From Gemmatimonadota bacterium (GTDB taxonomy: Bacteria; Gemmatimonadota; Gemmatimonadetes; Gemmatimonadales; GWC2-71-9), in NCBI GenBank assembly GCA_003222195.1, contig QHVB01000035.1, positions 19 through 64,018 of the forward strand: a stretch of 64,000 nucleotides of DNA. The letters are read 5' to 3'. Positions 46,394 to 54,562 of the stretch are shown one piece after another. Both the position numbers and the translations under genes were made by a program. Each line of letters starts with the position of its first letter. Position 1 is the stretch's first letter. The notes beneath the pieces are model-generated. The model was not told the DNA's origin. It ran no database searches and saw nothing but the letters and a program-made list of their open reading frames with translations.

Positions 46394-46515
46394 GTTGTCA
46401 TCCTGAGCGAGCGCGCACGCGCGAGCGAAGGACCTGCTTGTGATGGGTCCGAAAAGCAGGTCCTTCGCGCCTGCGGCGCTCAGAGCCTGCCCTGAGCGCA
46501 GCGAAGGGATGACAG
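46394..46515. repeat. composite palindromic intergenic element (REP/MITE-like) built from GTCATCC-TGAGCG..GCGAAGG-type units
   Basis: TGTCATCCTGAGCGAGCGCGCACGCGCGAGCGAAGGACCTGCTT - 14-nt loop - AAGCAGGTCCTTCGC (15-bp perfect stem 46425-46439/46454-46468), then CCCTGAGCGCAGCGAAGGGATGACAGG. Lies in the 257-bp gap before the permease gene. Confidence 0.6.
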
Positions 46516-46592
46516 GCTCGCTCGCTCTTGCAAGGTAGGAAGAGAGGAGAGGAGCGCGTAGCCAAGGACCTCCCTTTCTATACCTTGGTGGC

Positions 46593-47936
46593 ATGGCCGC
46601 ACCGGTCCCTGCCGCCGCCGAACCAGCGCTGCGCCGAGTCATCGGCGTGCGCGGGCTCGCCGCCGCCATTTTCAATATCACCGTCGGCGCGGCGATCTTC
46701 GTGCTCCCCGCGCACATGGCCGCCGGCCTCGGTGCCGCGGCTCCCCTGGCCTACCTCGTGTGCGCCGTCGCGACGGCGCTCGTTGCCCTCTGCATCGCAG
46801 AGGCCGGGAGCCGAGTCCCACAGAGCGGCGGCCCGTACGCGTATGTCGGGACCGCGCTCGGCCCCTACGCCGGATATCTGTGCGGCGTGCTGCTCTGGCT
46901 CGGCATCACGCTCGCGATGGGCGCAGTCTCCACCGTATTCGCCGATGCGGTCGGCGGGTTGCTACCGGGCCTCGGCGGCCCGCTACCGCGCGCCATCCTC
47001 CTCGTAGCAGTGATTGCCGGCCTTGCGGTCGTGAACATCCGCGGTGCTGCGCTGGGATCGCACGTGAGCTCCATCGCGACGGTCGCGAAGGTCGTCCCGC
47101 TCATCGCGTTCGTGGCGCTCGGCCTGCCGCACGTCCGGGCAGACAATCTCGCGTTGGGATCATTCCCCTCGCTCTCACGCCTGGGAGAATCCGGGCTGCT
47201 CCTGATGTTTGCGTTCTTTGGAATGGAATCCGCGCTGCAAGTGAGCGGCGAGGTACGCGATGCGGCCCGCGCCGTGCCGCGGGCGATCGCCCTCGCAGTG
47301 ACGGGCGTGGGGGTGCTGTACATCTCCGTTCAGCTCGTCGCCCAGGGCATCCTCGGCAGCGCCCTCGCCGCCCCCGAGACGGCCAAGGCCCCGCTCGCTG
47401 CGGCGGCCGTGCAAATCGCCGGACCGACCGGCTCTACGCTGATCCTCATCGCGATGATCGTCTCGACTTTCGGCTTCATGACGGCCACGATGCTCTCCAC
47501 ACCGCGGACGCTCTTCGCCCTCGCGGTGGACCGCTACCTGCCCCGGCCGCTCGCGGCAGTGCACCCGGAACACCACACCCCGTACGTTGCCATCGCGATC
47601 CAGGGGGTGATCGTGTGCGCCATCGCCATCACCGGCACGTACGTCAAACTCGCGATCATGGCGAACGTAGCGATCCTGCTCGTGTACCTGGCGTGCTGCC
47701 TGGGCGTGTGGAGGCTGCGGCGGCTCGACGCGGGCGCGGCCGACAAGCCGTTCGTCATGCCGGCGGGGCAGGTTGTGCCGTGGGTGGCGGCGGGCTTGAT
47801 CGTGGCATTACTGGCGCGGGCCACGGCGCAGGCGTGGCTGCTCACGGGAGGAGTCATGGCCGCGGCTTCGGTCGCGTTCCTGGTGCGGCGGGGCTCCCTG
47901 CAACCCTCGGGGCGCGCTTCCCATCCAACTTCCTAA
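46593..47936 (+). CDS. APC-superfamily amino acid permease
   Basis: 447 aa with 12 TM helices. ..GLAAAIFNITVGAAIFVLPA.., ..ESALQVSGEVRDAARAVPRAI... Confidence 0.9.
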   Translation: MAAPVPAAAEPALRRVIGVRGLAAAIFNITVGAAIFVLPAHMAAGLGAAAPLAYLVCAVATALVALCIAEAGSRVPQSGGPYAYVGTALGPYAGYLCGVLLWLGITLAMGAVSTVFADAVGGLLPGLGGPLPRAILLVAVIAGLAVVNIRGAALGSHVSSIATVAKVVPLIAFVALGLPHVRADNLALGSFPSLSRLGESGLLLMFAFFGMESALQVSGEVRDAARAVPRAIALAVTGVGVLYISVQLVAQGILGSALAAPETAKAPLAAAAVQIAGPTGSTLILIAMIVSTFGFMTATMLSTPRTLFALAVDRYLPRPLAAVHPEHHTPYVAIAIQGVIVCAIAITGTYVKLAIMANVAILLVYLACCLGVWRLRRLDAGAADKPFVMPAGQVVPWVAAGLIVALLARATAQAWLLTGGVMAAASVAFLVRRGSLQPSGRASHPTS

Positions 47937-47955
47937 ATCCACTTCGGGAGTCCCT

Positions 47956-48909
47956 ATGCGGTTCGCCGTCCTTCTCCTGACCAGTTTCCTCGCAGCTCCA
48001 GTACTGTCAGCCCAACACGCGGTCCCGTCCGGCGGGCAGTGGTTGATCGAGCCGGGTGAGCGTCCGGGCATCGTCCGGCTCACCATCCGTTACGGCGAGC
48101 GGCGGTACTCGGATAACTGGAACAGCCAGGATGACGTGCCCCTGAGCCAGCTGGTGGGCCTCTCCGCGGCGGACATGGGCGGATCCGGAGCTGCGGTGCA
48201 CTTCAAGATCGTGCGGTCCGCCGGCACGCTCACCTGTGAAGGCTGGTTCGACGATGGCAAGGGCTCGGGCCACTTCACCTATCAGCCGAATCCCGATTTC
48301 GTGGCCGAGCTGGCCAAACGCGGCATCAACGGGGCCCCCCCGACGGCTTGGGAGCAGTTCCAGATGACGATGGCGGGAGTGGGACTGGATCTCGTGGACG
48401 AGCTGGCGCGGCAGAAGTATGACCGCCCCACCGCGCGGGATCTCACGCGGATGGCGACGCACGGCGTGGACCTGGAGTATGTCCGGGACATCGGGGCTAG
48501 GGGATACCACCTCAGGGATTCGGAGAGTCTGGTCCGGATGCGCGATCACGGTGTGGATCCGGAGTTCATCGAGTCACTGAATAGCGCGGGTTACAAGAAC
48601 CTGGGCGCGGAGGACCTCGTGCGCCTGCGGGATCACGGCGTCGACGGGGAGTACATCGCGGACATGAAAGAGCTGGGCTACGCGCCCTCGAACCTCGAGG
48701 AACTGGTCGAGGCGCGCGACCACGGCGTCGATGCCTCCTACATCGTGTCGCTCAAGGAGGCAGGGTACGAGCGGCTGTCCCTGCAGGAGCTTCGCCGGGC
48801 CCGCGACCACGGCGTGACCAGAGGATTCATCCAGCGTGTGAAGGCTCGCGGATACGGCAACCCCTCGCTCGACGAGGTGATCCGACTGCGCGATCGGGGG
48901 CTGGACTGA
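47956..48909 (+). CDS. secreted protein with about eight tandem 29-aa repeats (RDHGVDxEYIxxLxxxGY...L)
   Basis: Signal MRFAVLLLTSFLAAPVLSAQ. HGV (or AGV/RGL) recurs at aa 140, 169, 198, 227, 256, 285 and 314, an exact 29-aa period. Confidence 0.7.
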   Translation: MRFAVLLLTSFLAAPVLSAQHAVPSGGQWLIEPGERPGIVRLTIRYGERRYSDNWNSQDDVPLSQLVGLSAADMGGSGAAVHFKIVRSAGTLTCEGWFDDGKGSGHFTYQPNPDFVAELAKRGINGAPPTAWEQFQMTMAGVGLDLVDELARQKYDRPTARDLTRMATHGVDLEYVRDIGARGYHLRDSESLVRMRDHGVDPEFIESLNSAGYKNLGAEDLVRLRDHGVDGEYIADMKELGYAPSNLEELVEARDHGVDASYIVSLKEAGYERLSLQELRRARDHGVTRGFIQRVKARGYGNPSLDEVIRLRDRGLD

Positions 48910-48910
48910 C

Positions 48911-50812
48911 TCACGAGCCGTCTAGAACCTCCCGCACCTTCGCGGCGAGGTTGTCGCCCGAGAATGGCTTGTTGATGAACGCCGTATTCCGCGCGAGCAC
49001 GCCGCGATGCACAATCGCATCCTCCGTGTAGCCGGACATGAACAAGACCTTGAGGTCGGTACGCCGTGACACCAGCTCGCCGGCCAGGGTCGGGCCGCTG
49101 GCCCCGGGCAACACCACGTCGGCGAGCAGCAGGTGGATGGGACCGACGTGCTCCCGCGCGAGCGCGAGCGCCGCGTCCGCGGTCCCCGCCTCGAGCACCA
49201 TGTAGCCATGCTTCTCGAGTAAGCGCCGGGTGAGCGCGCGCAAACCCACTTCGTCCTCCACCAGCAGGATCGTCTCCGAACCCAGCGTCCGCGGGAGGGC
49301 AGCGCGTGCCGGGAATTGGTCGACGGGAGCATCAACACGCGGCAAGTACACCTTGAACGTGGTCCCCTCGCCACGCTCGCTATAACACCACACGTAGCCG
49401 CCGCTCTGCTTCACAATCCCATACACGGTCGCCAGGCCAAGACCGGTGCCCTTGCCTGCCTCCTTGGTCGTGAAAAACGGCTCGAACACGTGCGACATCG
49501 TCTCGGCCGACATCCCGATTCCCGTATCGCTGACCGCGAGCATGACGTAACGGCCAGGTTGCACCGGCACGTGCTCGCGCACGTACGAGTCATCGAGCTC
49601 GGCGTTGCGTGTCTCGATCGTGAGCCGCCCACCTTCGGGCATCGCGTCCCGCGCATTCACCGCGAGATTGACGATCACCTGTTCCAGCTGGCCCGCGTCC
49701 GCCCGCACGGCTCCCAGCGTGGACCCGAGTTTCGTCAGCACGTCGATGTCCTCTCCCAAGAGCCGCCGCAGCATCTTGTCCATGTCGGCGACCAGCTCGT
49801 TGAGGTCGAGCACGCGCATCTCCAGCACCTGCTTGCGGCTGAACGCCAGGAGCTGGCGCGTGAGCGCGCCGGCGCGATTGGCCGCTTTGCGGATTTCCTC
49901 GAGGTCCGGTCGCAGCGGCGAGAGCGTCGGCAGGCCATCGAGCAGCAGGTCCGCGTAGCCCAGAATCGCAGTCAGCAGGTTGTTGAAATCATGCGCCACG
50001 CCGCCCGCCAGACGCCCCACCGCTTCCATTTTCTGCACCTGGAGGAACTGCCGCTCGAGTACGCGGCGCTCCGTGACGTCCCGAGCGTTGATGACGACGC
50101 CCTTCACCAGGGGATCGTCCAGGAGATAGCGGCCGATGGCTTCGAGGTGGCGGAACGTCCCGTCTTTATGGCGCACGCGCAGCTCGAGGAGCCGGCCGCC
50201 CTGACCCGTCGCTACGCCCTCGCTGAAAACACGCAGCGTCTCATCGACATCGTCGGGGTGCACCAGCGCGAAGATCGACAGCCCCACAAGATCTTCGGGA
50301 GCGTAGCCGAGCAGTGGCAACACCGAGGGGCTCGCATAGCGAAGCGCCCCCTCGGGGTCGAGCACCGCGATGATGTCCATGGCCTGCTCGATCAACGACC
50401 GGAAGTACTCCTCGCGCTCGTCCAGCTGCTGCTTCATCCGCTTGCGGTCGAGCGCGGCGCGGACCGCCGGCCCCAGGCGGGCGAGCCGGTCCTTCAGGAT
50501 GTAGTCCGTCGCTCCCGCCTTCATGTACTCGACGGCGCTTTCCTCATCGAGCGAGCCGGTGAGCAGAATGAACGGCGCCGCCAGCGCCATCTGCCGCGCG
50601 AGTGCCAGCGCGGCAGCGCCGTTGAATTGCGGGAGATTGTGGTCGGCAATGATGAGATCGGGGCGAAACTCGCGCAGGGCGCGCTCGAACTCCGGTTGTG
50701 TCGTGACCCGTCGCGCCGTGAACTGCAGGCCCGCCTTGCGCAGCTCGACCTTCACCAGCTCAGCATCGGCCCACACGTCCTCCAACAGGAGGATGCGGAC
50801 ATTCCCTTCCAA
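48911..50812 (-). CDS. hybrid sensor histidine kinase (REC-PAS-HisKA-HATPase-REC)
   Basis: N-terminal REC (ILLLEDV..DLIIADHNLP..), PAS, H-box ..GGVAHDFNNLLTAILGY.., N/G boxes ..NLAVNARDAM..DTGIGM..GTGLGLA.., C-terminal REC ..ILLVEDE..LLLADVVLPG... Confidence 0.9.
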   Translation of the reverse strand: MEGNVRILLLEDVWADAELVKVELRKAGLQFTARRVTTQPEFERALREFRPDLIIADHNLPQFNGAAALALARQMALAAPFILLTGSLDEESAVEYMKAGATDYILKDRLARLGPAVRAALDRKRMKQQLDEREEYFRSLIEQAMDIIAVLDPEGALRYASPSVLPLLGYAPEDLVGLSIFALVHPDDVDETLRVFSEGVATGQGGRLLELRVRHKDGTFRHLEAIGRYLLDDPLVKGVVINARDVTERRVLERQFLQVQKMEAVGRLAGGVAHDFNNLLTAILGYADLLLDGLPTLSPLRPDLEEIRKAANRAGALTRQLLAFSRKQVLEMRVLDLNELVADMDKMLRRLLGEDIDVLTKLGSTLGAVRADAGQLEQVIVNLAVNARDAMPEGGRLTIETRNAELDDSYVREHVPVQPGRYVMLAVSDTGIGMSAETMSHVFEPFFTTKEAGKGTGLGLATVYGIVKQSGGYVWCYSERGEGTTFKVYLPRVDAPVDQFPARAALPRTLGSETILLVEDEVGLRALTRRLLEKHGYMVLEAGTADAALALAREHVGPIHLLLADVVLPGASGPTLAGELVSRRTDLKVLFMSGYTEDAIVHRGVLARNTAFINKPFSGDNLAAKVREVLDGS

Positions 50813-50906
50813 TTCGTGTCTCCGGTCGAGCCTCTCGGTCTCAGCCTAGCAGCTAGGACCGGAGGGCGAAGTCGGGAAAGGACCGGAGATTGGGGAGGAG
50901 GACTAC

Positions 50907-51563
50907 CTAGGAATCGGGATGGACGAGCCCCACCTGGATGGCGTAGCGCACCAGCCCCGCCACGCCATGAATGCCGAGGCGCTCCATGAGCTCGGTGCGG
51001 TGCGTCTCGACGGTCTTCAGCGCCACCTGGAGGCGGCTCGCGATCTCCTTGTTGGAATGCCCCTCGGCGACGAGCTGCAGCACCTCGCGCTGGCGCGGGG
51101 TGAGTACTTCGAATGGTCCGTCGGGAGCTGCGCGGGCGCCCAGCGCATACGCCGCGACGACACGCTTGGTGAGTGACGGGCTGAGCCATGTATCGCCACG
51201 CGCAACCGTGTTCAACGCCAGCTCGAGCTCGCTACGATCGGAATTCTTGAGCAGATAGCCTGCCGCGCCGTCCACCAGCGCGCGCCGCACCGATTCGTCG
51301 TCGCCGTGCATGGAGACGATGATGACGCGCGTAGCCGGGTGTTCCTGTGCCACCCGGGCGGCCACCTCCAGGCCGTTGAGTCCCGGCATGGAGATGTCGA
51401 GCAGCGCGATGTCGGGTTTGCGCTCACGGATGAGCCGCAGCGCTTCGCGGCCGTCGCCGGTTTCCGCCACCACCGTGACGCCGGGCAGCTCGCTCAGGAG
51501 CGCGAGCATCCCCGCGCGCACCAGGGCATGATCGTCCGCGAGCAGGAGTCGCAGCGTGCTCAT
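50907..51563 (-). CDS. NarL/LuxR-family response regulator
   Basis: REC (LLLADDHALVRAG..DIALLDISMPGLNG..) plus HTH_LuxR (..LTPRQREVLQLVAEGHSNKEIASRLQVALKTVETHR..). Confidence 0.92.
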   Translation of the reverse strand: MSTLRLLLADDHALVRAGMLALLSELPGVTVVAETGDGREALRLIRERKPDIALLDISMPGLNGLEVAARVAQEHPATRVIIVSMHGDDESVRRALVDGAAGYLLKNSDRSELELALNTVARGDTWLSPSLTKRVVAAYALGARAAPDGPFEVLTPRQREVLQLVAEGHSNKEIASRLQVALKTVETHRTELMERLGIHGVAGLVRYAIQVGLVHPDS

Positions 51564-53389
51564 GTGTCGCTGCCCGCGGTCAGTGGTAGGCGCGCGCGAA
51601 CGGTCGTTCCCCGGCCGGGTGCCGAGTCGATCTCGAGGTCGCCGCCGGCGAGTGCGACGCGCTCCTGCATGCTCAGCAGGCCCTGGCTCCCGCCGTGCGC
51701 GGCGCGCTTGCGTGCGGCGGAGACATCGAAGCCGCGGCCATCGTCGTGCACCACGAGTTGCAGCGTTCCGCTGGCCGCGCTGAGCTCGACGTCAACGACA
51801 TGTGCCTGCGCGTGGCGGATGACGTTCGTGAGTGCCTCCTGCGCGACACGGAAGCAGGTCGTCTCCACCGCCGCCGGCGGCCGCTGCGCGAGCGGCGCGA
51901 GGGCGAGGCGGCTGGCGAGCCCGGCCCGTTTGGCCTCCCGCTCCACGTACCACCGCAGCGACGCCTCGAGCCCGAGCTCATCGAGCAGCGGCGGGCGCAG
52001 GTCCTGCGCCAGCTCGCGCATCCGCGCGATCGCGCCGTCCACCAACGCGATGCTCTCGGCATCACCACGACCCTGGGCCTGAAGGTTGAGCTTGAGCGCG
52101 GTGAGCACCTGCCCAAAGTCGTCGTGGAGCTCGCGCGCGACCGCGCGGCGCTCTGCTTCCTGCGCCTCGATTAGCCGCCGCGACAACGCCTCGAGCTGCA
52201 GCGTGCGCCGAGCGAGCTCCTCCTCGGCGCGCTTGCGCTCGGTGATATTCGCATTGGTGCCGTACACGCGGAGCGGCCGGCCTGACTCGTCGCGGACCAC
52301 CGTGGCGCGGCCGAAGATCCAGTGCAGGCTGCCATCGGGCCGGACGACGCGGTACGCGATGTCTCCCGACCCCGTGCCCGCGAGCAGCTGTCCGCGGCGC
52401 TCCGTCACCCACGCCCGATCGTCGGGGTGGAGGACGTCGACGTAATCCTCGAGTCGAGCACCTTTGCTCGCGTCGTCGCCAAAGAAGAGGCGCCGATTCG
52501 CTTCCGTGTTGACGATCGCTCCGCTGATGAGGTCTTGCTCCCAGCTTCCGGTCTGTCCCAGCGTCTCCGCCTCGACCAGCAGGCGCTCGGTCTTGCGCAG
52601 CGCTTCCTCGGCACGCACCTGGTCGGTCACGTCGTCGTTGACCACAACGGCGCCCGTGATATTGCCGGCGCCATCCCGCATGGGTGCCGCGTAATTCTCG
52701 ATCGTCCGCCGCTGGCCGTCGAACGTGTTGATGTCGATCAGCTCATCGCGGCTGATTTCCCCCTCCGCGATCGCGCGCCGCGACGCCCATTCCTCGGGGC
52801 CGATCGCCTTCCCCGAGCCGTGCCAAAAGCCCTCACTCTTGGCATACCGTTCCTGTCCCGGCACGATCAGGCGCCCCCAAATCCGGCTGGAGGCCGGGTT
52901 GTGCAGTACCACGTCGCCGGCGCGATCGACCACCGCCACCCCAACGGGGAGGGTGTCGAGCACCTGTCGCAGCTGCGACTCGGCTTCCTTGAGCTTGCTG
53001 ATGTCGATCATCGCGCCGACCGCGCGCCGAGCCCGGCCCTCGGCATCGCGCTCGATGACGCAGCGCGACGCCACCCAGGCCCACGAGCCGTCTTTGCGGC
53101 GGAAGCGGTACTCGTTGGACCATCCCGGGGCGTCGCCGCGGATGGCGTCCGCGGCGGTCTGCTCGACGCGCGCGAGGTCGTCCGGATGGACCCGCTCGCG
53201 CCACCACCCGAGGTGGCTCGCGACTTCGTCGCGCCGGTACCCGAAGATCGACTCCAGGTTTTCATCCCAGCTCAGCGCGTCGTTGTCGAGATCGCGCTCC
53301 CAGATGGCCTCGAAGGCGACACCGGCCAGCCGGTCCCGCGCTTGGCTCAGATCGGTGGAAGATCCGAAGGGAGGTTTCATCACTGACAT
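51560..53389 (-). CDS. multi-PAS sensor histidine kinase (HisKA_3 / NarX-like class)
   Basis: Three PAS-like blocks, H-box ..VARELHDDFGQVLTALK.., HATPase ..EALTNVIRHA..DDGRGF... 4-nt overlap with the response regulator gene. Confidence 0.9.
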   Translation of the reverse strand: MSVMKPPFGSSTDLSQARDRLAGVAFEAIWERDLDNDALSWDENLESIFGYRRDEVASHLGWWRERVHPDDLARVEQTAADAIRGDAPGWSNEYRFRRKDGSWAWVASRCVIERDAEGRARRAVGAMIDISKLKEAESQLRQVLDTLPVGVAVVDRAGDVVLHNPASSRIWGRLIVPGQERYAKSEGFWHGSGKAIGPEEWASRRAIAEGEISRDELIDINTFDGQRRTIENYAAPMRDGAGNITGAVVVNDDVTDQVRAEEALRKTERLLVEAETLGQTGSWEQDLISGAIVNTEANRRLFFGDDASKGARLEDYVDVLHPDDRAWVTERRGQLLAGTGSGDIAYRVVRPDGSLHWIFGRATVVRDESGRPLRVYGTNANITERKRAEEELARRTLQLEALSRRLIEAQEAERRAVARELHDDFGQVLTALKLNLQAQGRGDAESIALVDGAIARMRELAQDLRPPLLDELGLEASLRWYVEREAKRAGLASRLALAPLAQRPPAAVETTCFRVAQEALTNVIRHAQAHVVDVELSAASGTLQLVVHDDGRGFDVSAARKRAAHGGSQGLLSMQERVALAGGDLEIDSAPGRGTTVRARLPLTAGSDT

Positions 53390-53509
53390 ATTGGTGTCCC
53401 GAAACGTAACGATCTACAAGACGAAACACATCCCGGTTCTCATCGCTCGCTATGCCATCTAGGCCACCAAACGACGTAACAGACGGTGAGAATTGCGGCG
53501 AGGCGGTCG

Positions 53510-53564
<55 letters not shown>

Positions 53565-53572
53565 TCTTCCCG

Positions 53573-54562
53573 CTAGATGGCAGCACACCCTCGCATAAGA
53601 CTTGCGCGGAAGAGGTCAGCAAAGACATGGACGTGGGATTCCAGGAGCATGTGGTCACCGTCGCAGCCGTCCGGCCCGACGTGCTTCTCCGTTTCGCGCG
53701 CTACCCGTTTCCAGCGAAGCATCGGGCTGCCCGGGCGCAGCCATCCCTTGTTGGGGAGAAACAAGCTGAGACGGCCGTCGAAATGGCGCGGTGTGTAACG
53801 ACGCAGCCCCACGATCGTGGCCGCCTGAACCTTCGCGCGGAGCACCTCCACGGGATCCGGCGGGGCGGGAGGGGCGTTCCGCCGCGCTTTGCGGTCGCGC
53901 AGTCTCTGGGTGATGTACCGGCGGCGCTCCCCATTTGAAAGCGACAGCAGCACACGGGCGTGCTCGCGTACACTTTCCACCTCACCCGCGATGCGCTGTC
54001 CGAGTTGCGGCAGCCGCCGATACGAGGTTGGATACGGACTCGTGAACAGGGCGACGAAGCGAATGGCCGCGCCGTGCTGCAGCAGTTGTCGCGCAAGCTC
54101 GAACGCGATCGTCCCTCCCGCACAATAGCCGGCGATGACGTACGAATCGTCGGGCCGATAGGCCCGGATCTGGGCGGCGAAGTAGGCAGCCAGATCCTCA
54201 ACGCGCGTCAGGGGCTCGCTCTGACCATCGACACCCGGAGGCTGCAGTCCGAAGAACGGCTGATCGTCCCCCAAGTGCTGCGCGAGGAGACGGTAGCAGA
54301 AGACGTCGCCGCTGTGTCCCGGCACGCCAAAGATGGGAGCGCGCATGCCGTGCGGCTGCAGCGGCACGATGGCCCGCTCTTGCTGGGTGAGCGTCTCGAC
54401 CGAGCGGAGGAATTCCACAATATCAGCCTTGCGCTCGCGCAGCTGGTGGCGCAGCTCGGGCGTCAGCACACCGGTGGGGGCAGTGCACCGCAGCTGGTCG
54501 CCGTCCGCCCAGACCCGGATGTCGCGGCTCCGCAGCTCCTCGAGAAAGGCCGGCACGATCAC
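53573..54562 (-). CDS. TubC-N-type docking domain fused to a thioesterase with a Cys nucleophile (GYCAG)
   Basis: The GTG start forms a GTGA overlap with the NRPS stop (the track ORF to 54811 is an out-of-frame extension over the T domain). AFLEELRSRDIRVWADGDQLRCTAPTGVLTPELRHQLRERKADIVEFL docking motif. Alpha/beta-hydrolase ..IFGVPGHSGDVF..VIAGYCAGGTIAFELA..GDHMLL... Confidence 0.8.
   Translation of the reverse strand: MIVPAFLEELRSRDIRVWADGDQLRCTAPTGVLTPELRHQLRERKADIVEFLRSVETLTQQERAIVPLQPHGMRAPIFGVPGHSGDVFCYRLLAQHLGDDQPFFGLQPPGVDGQSEPLTRVEDLAAYFAAQIRAYRPDDSYVIAGYCAGGTIAFELARQLLQHGAAIRFVALFTSPYPTSYRRLPQLGQRIAGEVESVREHARVLLSLSNGERRRYITQRLRDRKARRNAPPAPPDPVEVLRAKVQAATIVGLRRYTPRHFDGRLSLFLPNKGWLRPGSPMLRWKRVARETEKHVGPDGCDGDHMLLESHVHVFADLFRASLMRGCAAI

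Noticed and set aside
49316-50989. 557-aa + ORF
   Set aside because: It lies antisense to the hybrid histidine kinase, whose H/N/G boxes are clear on the minus strand.
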